In this document: positions 38,356 to 49,497 of the stretch, piece by piece
Numbering within the stretch: position 1 is the stretch's first letter
Layout: the number at the start of each line of letters is the position of its first letter
DNA from: Candidatus Versatilivorator sp.
GTDB lineage: Bacteria; Acidobacteriota; Terriglobia; Versatilivoradales; Versatilivoraceae
NCBI GenBank assembly: GCA_965207735.1
Contig: OZ242296.1
Coordinates: 1,216,001 to 1,280,000, forward strand
Length of the DNA: 64,000 nt
Reading direction: 5' to 3'
Program-made: the position numbers and the translations under genes
The notes under the pieces: model-generated
Seen by the model: the letters and a program-made list of their open reading frames with translations, nothing else
Databases searched by the model: none
What the model was told of the DNA's origin: nothing

Positions 38356-40902
38356 TTATAGCCGATGGGCGCCGCCTCGCAACGCTTCGAGCGGAGGCAG
38401 CTTGTTGAGTCCGCGAGTGGCCAGCACACCGATGAGCACGGTTACGGACGTGACCAGCAGGCATACCCCCAGACTGGGGAGAAAGGCCGGGACGAAGGGG
38501 GATTGGAAAACCAGGCGGGCCAGCACCCAGCTTCCCAGCCATGCCAGCAACACCCCTCCCACCGCGGCCGCACCCGCCAGGCAGAGATACTCCACTCCCA
38601 GAATCAGGAATACCTGCCGCCTGGAAGCTCCCAGAACCCTGAGCAACGCGCTTTCCCTTAGGCGCTGATACCTGCTGTTCCCTATCACTCCGACCAGCAC
38701 CGTGAGGCCGGCGACAATACTGAACAAGGCCATGAAACGAAGCACGAACGATACTTTCTGGAGGATTTCGTCGATGGTTTTCAGAATCAGCGCCAGGTCG
38801 ATGACCGAGACGTTGGGAAACCGCCCGACCGTGGCTCGCTGAATGGCCGCGGCCGCGGGGCCCGCGCCGGCCCGGGTCACCAAAACGTGAAACTGGGGCG
38901 CTTTCTCCAGCACACCCGGAGGAAAAACCACGAAAAAGTTGGGTTGGACCTTTCGCCAGTTCACTCTGCGGATGCTGCCCACCCGGGTTGCGACCGGCAT
39001 CCCCTGCACGTCGAATACCAGCTCGTCTCCCAAGCCGGCTTCCAGACGGCGCGCGATTCCTTCGTCCAGGGAGACGAGAGGGGGGCTGCCGCTCTCCCCT
39101 TCCCCAACCGGCCAACTTCCCCGCAGCAGTTCCTCGTTCTCCAGCAGCCCTCCCCGGTAGGTGGAGCGGTATTCCCGTCTCAAGGCCCAGTTCGGGATGG
39201 TGTTCCCGGGGTCGCTCAAATGCTGGGCGACGCTCTTTCCCCGGATCGACTGCAGCCTCATGGCCACCACCGGCATCTCCTGAAGCACGGGAGCGCCAAA
39301 CCCCCGCAAAAGGTCGGCGAGCTCCGCCTTCTGGTCCCCCTGGACATCGAACAGCACCATGTCGGGCTGACCCTTGCCGCCTGCTCTCATGATCTGGCCC
39401 AGCAGTCCCTGGTGCACCAGGTAGAGAAGCATCATCAGGAAAGTGGCGAAGCCGATCGAAAGTACCAGCACCAGAGTTTGATTGTGGGGGCGATGGAGGT
39501 TGGCCAATCCTTGGCGCCAGGGGTAGGACCAGGAGCCCGGAAAAAACCTTCGGATCAGGGCCATGCCCAGACGTGCCGCCGCCGCCAGCAGCGCCAACGA
39601 GATCAGCAGTCCAAGCACAAAGCCCACGGCATAGGTCCAACGACTGGTGTGGACCAGCGCAAACACCAGGATGGCGGCCACAATGGCCAGGCGAACCAGC
39701 CACTGGGCCCAGTCGAAGGGCTGCCGGCCGGCTTCATAGTCCATACGCAAGGCCGCCAGGGGTGAGAGCCTGCGCACGAACAACAGTGGCTGAATCGAGA
39801 ACAACCAGGCCAGGATCAGTCCGATGAGGCCGGCCCCGGCAATTCCGCTCCAGGACAGGTGGAAGGGGATGTCCACAAGCAAAAAATCCGCCAGGACGCC
39901 AGGCAGAAAATATTGAAGACCTACTCCCAGCAGGATGCCTCCAAGGATGCCGACCAGGCTCAAACCCAGGGCCTGACAGAGGTAGATGCCAAGCGTCTGG
40001 GGCGCCTTGGCTCCCAGGCAGCGCAAAAGGGCGGCCGTCGGCACCTTTCGCTTGACGTAGACGTGGACCGAGCTGGCCACGCCCAGTCCCCCCAGCAGCA
40101 AAGCGATGAATCCAGCCAGATTCAGGAAATCCGCCGAATTCTCGAAGGTTCGTCCCACACGAGCCTTGCGCTCGGCCACCGTTTCGGCCCGCAGGCCAAA
40201 CTCCAGCAGTTGCGGCTCGATTCTCCGGAGCAACGCCGTCGGCTCGATCTCGTCTTCGAACTTGAGATAGACCCGGTAGGAAGCCGTGTTCCCCCGCACC
40301 ATCAGTCCGGTCTCGTCCAGATAGGCCAGGGGGATGTAGACGCGACCGCCGAACAGGCTGCCGCCCAGAGACTCGCCCGGCATCTGCCTGAGGCGTCCGG
40401 CGATACGGAACGACCGTTCCCCGATCCGAACTTCATCTCCCGGACGCGCCTGGAACTGTTCCATCAAGCTCTCTTCGACCAGGGCAAAGGGACCCCGATC
40501 GAGCTGGGCGGGCGCATGGAGCGGCTCCACTTCCACGGTCCCGTAGAAGGGGAAGGCGGTCTCACCGGCCCTGACCTGGGCCAGTCGGCTGCCGCCGCTC
40601 CTCGGGAAATACACCATGGAGGAAAATCGCACCTCACGGGCCTGCGCTCCACCCAGGCTGTCGACCAGAGCTTCAGCCTTGCCGGTGAGCGGCTGCCGGC
40701 CGCTAAGCGCCAGATCGGCCCCCAACAAGGACTTGGCCTGGCTGTCCAAAGCCGTTTTCAGATTGGCGCGGAAGCCGCTGATCGCCACCAGCGCGGCCAC
40801 TCCCAGGACGATGGAGGCGGAGAACAGCACCAGTTGTCCGCGGCTGGACCTGCTGTCCCTCCAGGCCATCTTCCAAGGCCAGAGGGTGAGCATGGATCTC
40901 AT
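38356..40902 (-). CDS. ABC transporter permease (YbbP/FtsX-like)
   Basis: Two FtsX-type halves; LLGADL and VNW...PNFF motifs. Confidence 0.9.
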   Translation of the reverse strand: MRSMLTLWPWKMAWRDSRSSRGQLVLFSASIVLGVAALVAISGFRANLKTALDSQAKSLLGADLALSGRQPLTGKAEALVDSLGGAQAREVRFSSMVYFPRSGGSRLAQVRAGETAFPFYGTVEVEPLHAPAQLDRGPFALVEESLMEQFQARPGDEVRIGERSFRIAGRLRQMPGESLGGSLFGGRVYIPLAYLDETGLMVRGNTASYRVYLKFEDEIEPTALLRRIEPQLLEFGLRAETVAERKARVGRTFENSADFLNLAGFIALLLGGLGVASSVHVYVKRKVPTAALLRCLGAKAPQTLGIYLCQALGLSLVGILGGILLGVGLQYFLPGVLADFLLVDIPFHLSWSGIAGAGLIGLILAWLFSIQPLLFVRRLSPLAALRMDYEAGRQPFDWAQWLVRLAIVAAILVFALVHTSRWTYAVGFVLGLLISLALLAAAARLGMALIRRFFPGSWSYPWRQGLANLHRPHNQTLVLVLSIGFATFLMMLLYLVHQGLLGQIMRAGGKGQPDMVLFDVQGDQKAELADLLRGFGAPVLQEMPVVAMRLQSIRGKSVAQHLSDPGNTIPNWALRREYRSTYRGGLLENEELLRGSWPVGEGESGSPPLVSLDEGIARRLEAGLGDELVFDVQGMPVATRVGSIRRVNWRKVQPNFFVVFPPGVLEKAPQFHVLVTRAGAGPAAAAIQRATVGRFPNVSVIDLALILKTIDEILQKVSFVLRFMALFSIVAGLTVLVGVIGNSRYQRLRESALLRVLGASRRQVFLILGVEYLCLAGAAAVGGVLLAWLGSWVLARLVFQSPFVPAFLPSLGVCLLVTSVTVLIGVLATRGLNKLPPLEALRGGAHRL

Positions 40903-40913
40903 GGGAGGACGCC

Positions 40914-41699
40914 TCAGGCCGGATCCGATTCGATTCCGGCTGAATCCCGGGCAGCACCTGACAGGGTTTGCTCCGGGGCCTCGCCGGGTGGAACGAGGGA
41001 GCCTGGAACCCGATCGGAAGTGATTCTCCCACCCCTGAGGGTCAGAATCCTTCGGGTCTTGCCGGAGAGCTCCAGGTCGTGGGTCACCACCAGCAGCGTG
41101 GTGCCGAAGTCCCGGTTCATCTCCAGAAGCAACTCGATCACCTTCTCACCGGTATCGGCATCCAGGTTCCCGGTAGGCTCGTCGGCAAACAGAATCCTGG
41201 GGCGATTGACGAAAGCCCGAGCCAGACCGACTCTCTGTTGTTCCCCTCCGGACAGTTGGACCGGGTAATGGTGGGCGCGATCCTCCAGTCCCACCCGACC
41301 CAGCAGTTCGCCAGCCCAGGCTCGGCTGGGTTCGCCCCGCAGCTCCAACGGCACCATGACGTTTTCCAGCGCCGTCAGGGTCGGAACCAACTGAAAGGTC
41401 TGAAACACGAACCCTACCGATCGGTTTCTCAGTTCCGCCAAGCGGTCCTGGTCGAGGCCGCCCAGGTTCTGGCCGTTCAGCAGGATCGACCCCGAGGTGG
41501 GGTGGTCCAGGCCCGCGCACAGTCCAAGCAAGGTGGTTTTGCCACTGCCGGAAGGCCCCAGCACCGAGCAGGTTTCCCCCGGCCCCAGGGAGAAGCTGAC
41601 GTCGTCGACCACGGTGAGCAGACGCTCGCCGCTACGATAGCGCTTGGTGAGTCGGTCCACTTGCAACACCGGAGGGACAGGGCTCGCGAGGGTATTCAA
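40914..41699 (-). CDS. ABC transporter ATP-binding protein (YbbA-like; start uncertain)
   Basis: GPSGSGKT, LSGGEQQR and ADEPTGNLD motifs. Confidence 0.92.
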   Translation of the reverse strand: MNTLASPVPPVLQVDRLTKRYRSGERLLTVVDDVSFSLGPGETCSVLGPSGSGKTTLLGLCAGLDHPTSGSILLNGQNLGGLDQDRLAELRNRSVGFVFQTFQLVPTLTALENVMVPLELRGEPSRAWAGELLGRVGLEDRAHHYPVQLSGGEQQRVGLARAFVNRPRILFADEPTGNLDADTGEKVIELLLEMNRDFGTTLLVVTHDLELSGKTRRILTLRGGRITSDRVPGSLVPPGEAPEQTLSGAARDSAGIESDPA

Positions 41700-41912
41700 G
41701 AAGCGACCTCCGAAAATTAGGGGAAAACTTCGGGTGTGAGTCATCCGGGGTGAAATCGCAACGGCCGGCGTGACGCGAGGGTCGCTGTCGAATCGACGAT
41801 CCACCGGCCCTTATTGTTGCACAGTTCCACCTCGGTCATAATAGTAAAGCCCCCTCGGAGTTTAGCCCCCCGTCCCCGACGACGGGACGAGTCATACAGA
41901 GTGACACAGGGG

Positions 41913-42085
41913 GCTTCAGACGAGTCCTCCCCCGCCTTGGTGGGCGGATCATTCGAGAGTGAAACTATTGGAAATCGACAATCCTTTCGCGAACTTGGTA
42001 CCCCGTCGCGGTTCTCCTCAATGCCTTAGTGGCCCTTCGTCGTCCTTCGTGGCCCTTCGTGGATTCCTCTTTTTTCGTTTGCTAC
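41913..42085 (-). repeat. Single degenerate family A unit
   Basis: GCGGATCATTCGAGAGTGAAAC, TTCGCGAACTTGGTACCCCGTCGCGG and CCTTAGTGGCCCTTCGT. Confidence 0.85.
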
Positions 42086-42102
42086 AGACAAAAGGTAGAT
42101 TG

Positions 42103-42915
42103 GTGAAACCCCTTGCGAGCATTTTCTGCGTCGTTCTGACCGGTATCCTGCTATCGGCCTGCTCTCCCGGGCACCCGCCCCCCCGGCCGCAGCCTGCCGA
42201 GCAGTCCCCGCGCACACCCGAATCCGCTCACACATCCGCCATGACCATCCTGTGCCTGGGCGACAGCCTCACCGAGGGCTCCGGACTGGATCGGTCCCAA
42301 GCATACCCGGCCCGGTTGCAGGAGAAAATCGACGCCCTGGGCTGGAATTTCAAGGTGGTCAATGCCGGCCTGGGAGGAGACACCACGGCGGCCGCGCTGC
42401 GCCGGCTGGACTGGTCGCTGCAAAGTAGAATCGATGTCCTGATCCTGGCCCTGGGAGGCAACGACGGCCTGCGCGGCCACCCGCTGCCGGAGATCCGGAA
42501 GAATCTCGGGGCGATTATTTCAACAGCAACCTCCCGCTATCCCCGGCTGAAGGTGGTGGTGGCCGGCATGCAGATTCCACCCAACTACGGGTTGCAATAC
42601 GTCCGCGGATTCCAGGCTCTCTTTCCCCAGGTGGCGGCAAGCCATGGAGCCCTGTTGATTCCCTTTCTTCTGGAAGGGGTGGGCGGGCGACCCGAGCTCA
42701 ATTTCCCGGACGGAATCCATCCCAACAAGAGGGGGCAGGAAATCGTCGCCGAAAACGTCTGGAGATTTATTGAACCGATGCTGCGCAAGCTTCATCGCAA
42801 TGGGGCAAACGCGACCGCTTCCCGGCCGAACAGTGTTGCGCCGGCAGCCTCCATTTACCGGAGCGGTCCGGTCGCCAGCGGCTGGGCAATGGCAAAAAGC
42901 CTTTCTTTTTCATAG
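42103..42915 (+). CDS. tesA: SGNH arylesterase/thioesterase
   Basis: GDSLT, GGNDGLRG and DGIHPN motifs; divergent from the ybbAP-like pair as in E. coli. Confidence 0.88.
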   Translation: MKPLASIFCVVLTGILLSACSPGHPPPRPQPAEQSPRTPESAHTSAMTILCLGDSLTEGSGLDRSQAYPARLQEKIDALGWNFKVVNAGLGGDTTAAALRRLDWSLQSRIDVLILALGGNDGLRGHPLPEIRKNLGAIISTATSRYPRLKVVVAGMQIPPNYGLQYVRGFQALFPQVAASHGALLIPFLLEGVGGRPELNFPDGIHPNKRGQEIVAENVWRFIEPMLRKLHRNGANATASRPNSVAPAASIYRSGPVASGWAMAKSLSFS

Positions 42916-43041
42916 GTTTCCAATTGTGCTACACTGCTTTTGGACCTAAAGACCGGCCCTGCCGGACAACCCCTTGATCTTGGCAACAGCGAAAACTTGG
43001 CCCCTTTGGCCGGCTGATCGGCTGGAATCGGGACACTAGCA

Positions 43042-45297
43042 ATGGCTTGGCGCCCCCCAATCTCCCCCGCAGTCGTGCTGGCACCGCTGGCGCTTGCCCT
43101 TGCCCTCCTTTCCTGCGGTGGCTCCAGCGCCTTCAAGCGGGGCCTGGAGTATGAAGAGCTCAAGAACTACGACGCCGCCCTGCAAAGCTACGAAGAGGCC
43201 CTCAGCGCCGACCCCGGAAACGCCAGGTACCGCCTCTATTTCGAGCGGGCCCGCTTCCAGGCGGCCATAGACCATTTCGACCGGGGCCGGCGCTTCAAGG
43301 AAGAAGGCCGGCTGGAAGAAGCCCTGCAGGAGTTCCGCCGGGCCGCGCAGATCGATCCCTCCATCGAAGCGGCCCAACAGGAAGCCGAGGCGGTGGCCGC
43401 GCTGATCCGAGACCGGGACAGACAGGCCGAACAGGTGGAGCCGCAAGGCCCGAGCGAGGATCTATACCCTTCCCGGCAATTCCTGCCGGCGGTCAAACTC
43501 TCGGGAGAGGTTCGGCGGGCCTACGTGACCCTGGGAAAGCTCGGCGGCATCAACGTCATATTCGCCCCCGACTTCAACCCCAGCCCGCCGGAAGTGGAGC
43601 TCGATTTCAGCGAGGTCACCCTCCTCGAAGCCCTGGAACTGCTCGCCCTGCAGAGCAAGACCTACTGGTCCGTCCTCAAGGAAAACACCATTCTGGTCGC
43701 CGAGGACACCCAGCAGACCCGCCAGCGGTACCAGGAAGAGATCGTCAGGACCTTCCACCTGTCCAACGTGGGCGACAAAGCGGACCTGGGCCAGATCGCC
43801 ACCGCACTGCGTTCCCTGCTCCTGATGAACAAGGTGGCCCAGATCGATTCCCAGAACGCCATCGTGGTGCGGGATACCCCCGACAAGATCGCTGCCGCCG
43901 AGAGGATCATCCGGTCCATCGACAAATCCAAGCCCGAAGTCATGATCGAGGTGTACATCCTGGAAGTGGTGGGCACCGTCAGGCAGTTTCTGGGCTTCAG
44001 ACCGGGCATTCCGGGCGCCATCAACGTTTCTCCCAACGGACCCCAGGAAGACGGCGGTTTGAGCACCATCCCCCTCAACGAGTTGGGGCGGCTCGGCAGG
44101 CACAGCTTTTCCGTGGCCATCCCCTCCATCCAACTCGGGCAGCTCTACACCCGGGTCAAGGGCCGCGTGCTGCAGAACCCCACCCTGCGGGCCTCGGACG
44201 GGGAAGCGGCCACCTTCAAGGTAGGCACCCAGCAACCCATCGCTCAGGGAAGTTTTTCCACCGGAATCGGCGGGGGGACGGGTTTCGGCGGGGGCGCCTT
44301 CACCACGTTTTCCACCGTGGATGTGGGAGTCACGCTGGAGATCACTCCCCAGGTGCTGCTGAATCGCGATATCGCCATGAACGTCAGCGTGGCCTTGAAG
44401 ACCATCAGCGGCTTTGAGACCCTGGACGGGAACCGCTACCCCATCCTGGCCAATCGGGAAATCAGCCACGACATCCGGCTGCGGGAGGGTGAGTCCAGCG
44501 TGGTAGGCGGAATCATCCAGCGTTCCGACTCGGTCACCGTGGACGGAATCCCCGGGCTGAGCAAGATTCCGCTGCTGCGATACCTCTTCTCCACCGAGGA
44601 CAACAACGCCTCGGACAACGAAATCATCGTGGTGATTACTCCCCACATCGTTCGGCTGCCCGACATCCTGGAGCAGGAGACCTCGCTGGCTCTGCTGGGA
44701 TCTAGCAACACTCCCAAGTATCTGGGATCTCCCAAGCAACTGATTGGAGAGATTCCCGGTCCGGGGCCGGGGACCGGCCAAGCCCCGCCGCCCCAGTCCG
44801 GCAGCGGCCCAGTCGCCCCGAGCGCGCCACCGCCGACCTCGGAAGCCCCACCGCGGGCGTCCGATCGGCCGGCGCCCCGTCTGGCTTTCGTCAGGCTGGT
44901 GGCCCCCTCGGAACCCGTCGGACGTGGCAGCCGTTTCCGGGTTGGCGTCTCGATCGCCAACGCCCAACAGGTCCACGGGCTCTCGTTCAACTTCGGATTC
45001 AATCCGGACCTGGTACGGCTGGTGGAAGTTCAGGGCGGAGGATTCCTCAGCAGCGACGGAACGTCGGTGGCCCTGGCCGAACGCCTGGAAAACTCCCTGG
45101 GCCGAGCGGTGATCTCGATGACCCGCCCCCCCGACAGCGCGGGCGTCAGCGGTTCCGGCCTGTTGATGAACCTCGGCTTCGAGGCCGTGGGAACGGGTGA
45201 CGCAGCCATTTCCTTCGGACCCAATTCCGTCTTGCGCGACAGTGGGCAAACCCCCATTCCCGCCAGCCTTGCCGGCGCCCAGGCAACCATTCAGTGA
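43042..45297 (+). CDS. Secretin (GspD/PilQ family) with N-terminal TPR and C-terminal cohesin-like domain
   Basis: Lipobox LLSC; DVGVTLEITP, IPGLSKIPLL and VITPHIV motifs; Pro-rich linker, then a beta-sandwich. Confidence 0.9.
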   Translation: MAWRPPISPAVVLAPLALALALLSCGGSSAFKRGLEYEELKNYDAALQSYEEALSADPGNARYRLYFERARFQAAIDHFDRGRRFKEEGRLEEALQEFRRAAQIDPSIEAAQQEAEAVAALIRDRDRQAEQVEPQGPSEDLYPSRQFLPAVKLSGEVRRAYVTLGKLGGINVIFAPDFNPSPPEVELDFSEVTLLEALELLALQSKTYWSVLKENTILVAEDTQQTRQRYQEEIVRTFHLSNVGDKADLGQIATALRSLLLMNKVAQIDSQNAIVVRDTPDKIAAAERIIRSIDKSKPEVMIEVYILEVVGTVRQFLGFRPGIPGAINVSPNGPQEDGGLSTIPLNELGRLGRHSFSVAIPSIQLGQLYTRVKGRVLQNPTLRASDGEAATFKVGTQQPIAQGSFSTGIGGGTGFGGGAFTTFSTVDVGVTLEITPQVLLNRDIAMNVSVALKTISGFETLDGNRYPILANREISHDIRLREGESSVVGGIIQRSDSVTVDGIPGLSKIPLLRYLFSTEDNNASDNEIIVVITPHIVRLPDILEQETSLALLGSSNTPKYLGSPKQLIGEIPGPGPGTGQAPPPQSGSGPVAPSAPPPTSEAPPRASDRPAPRLAFVRLVAPSEPVGRGSRFRVGVSIANAQQVHGLSFNFGFNPDLVRLVEVQGGGFLSSDGTSVALAERLENSLGRAVISMTRPPDSAGVSGSGLLMNLGFEAVGTGDAAISFGPNSVLRDSGQTPIPASLAGAQATIQ

Positions 45298-45800
45298 GGA
45301 CGCCCATGTCCTTCCACTCGATCAGGATTCATTTCAGCAACAGCAGGCGCTCCGCCCGGGGGCTGACGCTGGTGGAGCTGATCGCCACCGTGGCCATTGT
45401 CAGCATCCTGGCCCTGGGAGCCCTGCCGCTGACCAAGGTGGTGATTCAACGGCAGAAGGAGGTTGAGCTGCGGCGGGCACTGAGAGAGATGAGAACGGCC
45501 ATTGACCGCTACCACGACGCCGCCCTGGGCGGCCAGATCGAGATCAAGTTCGGCACCGACGGTTGGCCGCCCGACCTGGACACCCTGGTCGAGGGGGTGG
45601 ATCAGCTCAACGCGGTCGACAAGCGGCTCCGCTTCCTGCGCCGCGTCCCCACCGACCCCATGACGGGCGACAAGGAATGGGGGTTGCGCTCCTCGCAGGA
45701 CAGTTGGGATGCCACCAGCCACGGCGGCCAGAATGTCTACGATGTCTACAGCAAGAGCAACGGAACGGCCCTGGACGGATCCAAGTACGCGGAATGGTAG
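45294..45800 (+). CDS. Pseudopilin (GspG-like)
   Basis: GLTLVELIA prepilin motif; LRRVPTDPM. Confidence 0.9.
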   Translation: MRTPMSFHSIRIHFSNSRRSARGLTLVELIATVAIVSILALGALPLTKVVIQRQKEVELRRALREMRTAIDRYHDAALGGQIEIKFGTDGWPPDLDTLVEGVDQLNAVDKRLRFLRRVPTDPMTGDKEWGLRSSQDSWDATSHGGQNVYDVYSKSNGTALDGSKYAEW

Positions 45801-45801
45801 G

Positions 45802-46242
45802 ATGGGAACGAAACGATGGAGCAAGGGTGACAGGTCCGGGGGTCACCCGGGCGGGAAGCTCGGTGGAGACGGGTTCACGCTGATCGAGCTGATGATTGTG
45901 CTCACCATCGTGGCCATCCTGGTGAGCATTGCCCTTCCCATCGCCGACTCAGCCATCCTTCGTGCCCGTGAAGCCGTTCTCAAGAGCAACCTGCACACGC
46001 TACGCACGCTCATCGACCACTACACCGCCGACAAGCGAAAGGCCCCCCAAACCCTGGACGACCTGGTGAGCGCCGGCTACCTGCGCGCCCTCCCCAAGGA
46101 TCCGATCACCAACGACACCGACTGGCAGATCGTGATGGAAGAGGCATCCATGTTCCCCGACCAGCTCGAGCTGGGAATCTACGACATCCGCAGCAACTCC
46201 GAAGCCATCTCCTCCGAGGGCACCCCCTACAGTGAGTGGTAG
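45802..46242 (+). CDS. Pseudopilin (GspG-like)
   Basis: GFTLIELMIV prepilin motif; YLRALPKDPIT. Confidence 0.9.
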   Translation: MGTKRWSKGDRSGGHPGGKLGGDGFTLIELMIVLTIVAILVSIALPIADSAILRAREAVLKSNLHTLRTLIDHYTADKRKAPQTLDDLVSAGYLRALPKDPITNDTDWQIVMEEASMFPDQLELGIYDIRSNSEAISSEGTPYSEW

Positions 46243-46288
46243 CCCCCGCACCGGCGAATCGACCGCGGATCCCTCTTTTCAGCGCACC

Positions 46289-47068
46289 CTAACGCACCAC
46301 TCCTTCCAGCGGGCTGCTGGCGCTGGCGTACAGCTTCCTGGGCATTCTGCCTGCCAGGTAGGCCAGCCGGCCTGCCCGGATGGCCAGATTCATGGCTTCG
46401 GCCATCGCCACCGGGTCATCCGCCTGGGCGATGCCGGTGTTCATCAGGACAGCATCGGCGCCCAGTTCCATGGCCAGCGCTGCGTCCGAGGCGGTACCCA
46501 CCCCGGCATCCACGATCAACGGCACCTCGGTAATCATTTCCCGCAGGATTTTCATGGTGGCCACGTTCTGAATTCCCATTCCGGAGCCTATGGGCGCCCC
46601 CAGAGGCATCACCGCGGCCGCCCCGGCATCGATCAGGCGGCGGGCGGTCACGATATCGTCGTTGGTGTAGGGAAACACCACGAATCCTTCCTTCACCAGG
46701 ATCTCGGTGGCCTCGAGCAGGCCCGCGTTGTCGGGAAAGAGCGTCTTTTCGTCCCCGATGACCTCCAGCTTGACCCAGTTGGAAAGACCGGCTTCGCGGC
46801 CGAGCCGGGCAGCCCGCACGGCCTCGTCCCGGCTGTAGCACCCGGCCGTATTGGGCAGGATGAAATAACGCTCGGTATCGATCCAATCCAGCAGCGACTC
46901 CCGGTTGCGATCGGAGAGATTCACCCGGCGCACCGCCACCGTGACCATATCGGCGCCCGACTTCTCATGGGCTTCCACCATCTGCGCAAAAGATGCGTAC
47001 TTCCCCGTGCCCACCAGCAGACGGGACGAAAACTCCCGCCCCGCGATGACCAGCTTGTCAGGTTTCAT
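46289..47068 (-). CDS. thiG: Thiazole synthase
   Basis: [23 protein letters not shown] and DAGVG motifs. Confidence 0.97.
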   Translation of the reverse strand: MKPDKLVIAGREFSSRLLVGTGKYASFAQMVEAHEKSGADMVTVAVRRVNLSDRNRESLLDWIDTERYFILPNTAGCYSRDEAVRAARLGREAGLSNWVKLEVIGDEKTLFPDNAGLLEATEILVKEGFVVFPYTNDDIVTARRLIDAGAAAVMPLGAPIGSGMGIQNVATMKILREMITEVPLIVDAGVGTASDAALAMELGADAVLMNTGIAQADDPVAMAEAMNLAIRAGRLAYLAGRMPRKLYASASSPLEGVVR

Positions 47069-47285
47069 ATTGGCCCCACATGAGGAAACGGCTTCCAGGA
47101 ACAATCGTTTCCATGTCTTTTTGTCGGCCTCATTCTAGTTTAAAGCCGCCTCGATTGCATCGCGAAATTGCCCCATCCCCCGCTTGCCTTGACCGGGGTA
47201 CTTGGGCGGGTTATGTTTACCCCTTGACGGAAATCCCTGCCCTGCCTGAATCCCAGCGCGCAGCCTTCCCTCGGAATTTGCCCGC

Positions 47286-49457
47286 ATGAAGAACGGAGCT
47301 CTCATTCTGCTGATTCTGTTCCTTCTCTTCGCGCTTCCGGAGAGCCGACCTTCAGAGGAAAAATCCATGAAACCCACCCAGACCTCGTCTGCGGAACCCG
47401 TATTCACCAACCGATTGATCCACGAGACCAGCCCCTATCTCCGGCAGCATGCCCACAATCCGGTGGACTGGTACCCCTGGGGGCAGGAAGCCCTGGACAA
47501 GGCCAGGCGGGAAGACAAGCCGATTCTGCTCAGCATCGGCTATTCGGCTTGCCATTGGTGCCATGTCATGGAGCGGGAGTCGTTCGAAAACGAAGCTATC
47601 GCCGAAGTCATGAACGCCCACTTCGTGAACATCAAGGTCGATCGGGAGGAACGGCCCGACCTGGACACCCTCTACATGAACTACGTCCAGATGACCACCG
47701 GAAGCGGCGGCTGGCCCATGACGGTGTTTCTGACTCCCGATCAAGTCCCGTTCTACGGGGGGACCTATTTCCCTCCGGAAGACCGCTTCGGCCGCCCCGG
47801 CTTCGGGCGCCTCTGCCTGGCCCTGGCCGAGGCCTTTCGAGAGAAGCGAGAGGAGATCAAGACCCGGAAACCCGATGTCCTGCGCAGTCTGGCGGCCATG
47901 AACACCCTGCCGGCCGGCGCCGCCAACGTGACGGCCGCCAGCCTCGGCCAGGCCTTCGATCAGCTGGCCCCCCGTTTCGACCTGACCCATGGCGGCTTCA
48001 GCGGCGCCCCCAAGTTTCCGGGATCCATGAGCCTGACCTTCCTGCTTCGCCACTTCTCCCGGACCGGCCGCCCGGAGGGGCGAGAATTTGTCACGCTATC
48101 CCTCGAAAAGATGGCCCGCGGGGGCATGTACGACCAACTGGGTGGAGGATTTCACCGCTATTCGGTGGATGAGCGCTGGCTGGTCCCCCACTTCGAGAAG
48201 ATGCTCTACGACAACGCCCTCTTGAGCCGACTCTACCTCGAAGCCTATCAGCTCGACCCGCAGCCGCTCTATGCCAGAGTGGTGGAGGAGATCCTGGATT
48301 ACGTGGTTCGAGAGATGCAGAATCCCGAGGGCGGCTTCTACTCGACCCAGGACGCAGACAGCGAAGGCCACGAGGGCAAGTTCTTTATCTGGACCCCAAC
48401 CGAGATCGGGGAGATCCTGGGCGAAGAGGCAAGCAAGGCCTTTTGCCGATACTACGACGTCACTGACGGGGGAAACTTCGAAGGGTCCAACATTCTGAAC
48501 GTGCCCCTGCCGCTGGAACAGGTGGCCAGTGAGCTGTCACTGACTCCCGGGGAGCTGGCCCGCATCCTTTCCGAGGCCCGGCAACGCCTTTTCCCGGAGC
48601 GCGAGAAGCGGATCAAGCCCCATCGTGACGAGAAGATACTCACCGGCTGGAACGCCATGATGGGAGTCAGCTTCGTGGAGGCCTCGCTGGTCCTGCAGCG
48701 GGCCGACTACCTGGAGGTCGCCAGGCGCAATGCCCGTTTCCTGCTCGAGCATCTATGCCGCAAGGACAGGCTATTGCGGACTCACAAGGACGGGGTGTCC
48801 AAGCTCTCCGGTTACCTCGACGACTACGCCAACCTGGTCGAGTATCTGCTGGCGCTCTACCAGGCCACGGGCGAGAGAGAGTGGCTGGACCAGGCGGTCA
48901 TCTACAACGACGCCATGCTGGAGCTGTTCTGGGACCGGGAGCAGTCCATCTTCTTCCTCACCGGCAAGGAACACGAAAAGCTGGTGACTCCGGTCCGGGA
49001 CGCCTACGACAACGCCACGCCCGCAGGAAGCTCGGTGGCGGTCTTCAATCTTCTCAAGCTGGCCATCCTGACGAACAACCCCGAATACCGGACCATCGCC
49101 GAGACCAACCTCGAGAACATGCACCTGCCCCTGACCCGCTATCCCAACGGATTCGGATACCTGCTGGGAGCCGCCGACTTCTATCTGGGGCCGGTAAAGG
49201 AAATTGCCGTGGTGGGAGATCCCGAGTCGGAAGAGACCCGGCGGCTGCTCGAAGTGGTCCATCGGACGTTCCTGCCCAACAAGGTGGTGGCCATCCTGGA
49301 CCCCAACGACGCCGACGGCGCCGGCCAACTGCCCCTGCTTGAAGGCAAGACCCTGGTCAAGGGCCGCCCGGCCGCCTACGTCTGCGAGAACTACACCTGC
49401 AAGGCCCCGGTCACCGAACCCGGCCAACTGGAGCTGGAGTTGGGCCGGAAGCCGTGA
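47286..49457 (+). CDS. DUF255 thioredoxin-domain protein (YyaL/SPATA20 family)
   Basis: [21 protein letters not shown] and [11 protein letters not shown] motifs. Confidence 0.93.
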   Translation: MKNGALILLILFLLFALPESRPSEEKSMKPTQTSSAEPVFTNRLIHETSPYLRQHAHNPVDWYPWGQEALDKARREDKPILLSIGYSACHWCHVMERESFENEAIAEVMNAHFVNIKVDREERPDLDTLYMNYVQMTTGSGGWPMTVFLTPDQVPFYGGTYFPPEDRFGRPGFGRLCLALAEAFREKREEIKTRKPDVLRSLAAMNTLPAGAANVTAASLGQAFDQLAPRFDLTHGGFSGAPKFPGSMSLTFLLRHFSRTGRPEGREFVTLSLEKMARGGMYDQLGGGFHRYSVDERWLVPHFEKMLYDNALLSRLYLEAYQLDPQPLYARVVEEILDYVVREMQNPEGGFYSTQDADSEGHEGKFFIWTPTEIGEILGEEASKAFCRYYDVTDGGNFEGSNILNVPLPLEQVASELSLTPGELARILSEARQRLFPEREKRIKPHRDEKILTGWNAMMGVSFVEASLVLQRADYLEVARRNARFLLEHLCRKDRLLRTHKDGVSKLSGYLDDYANLVEYLLALYQATGEREWLDQAVIYNDAMLELFWDREQSIFFLTGKEHEKLVTPVRDAYDNATPAGSSVAVFNLLKLAILTNNPEYRTIAETNLENMHLPLTRYPNGFGYLLGAADFYLGPVKEIAVVGDPESEETRRLLEVVHRTFLPNKVVAILDPNDADGAGQLPLLEGKTLVKGRPAAYVCENYTCKAPVTEPGQLELELGRKP

Positions 49458-49497
49458 CGGGGATGACGAACAGACTGCCATTCTGTAGGAGCGCACC

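Noticed and set aside
47070-47285. TPP riboswitch upstream of thiG
   Set aside because: No CTGAGA or other TPP core motif on the minus strand.
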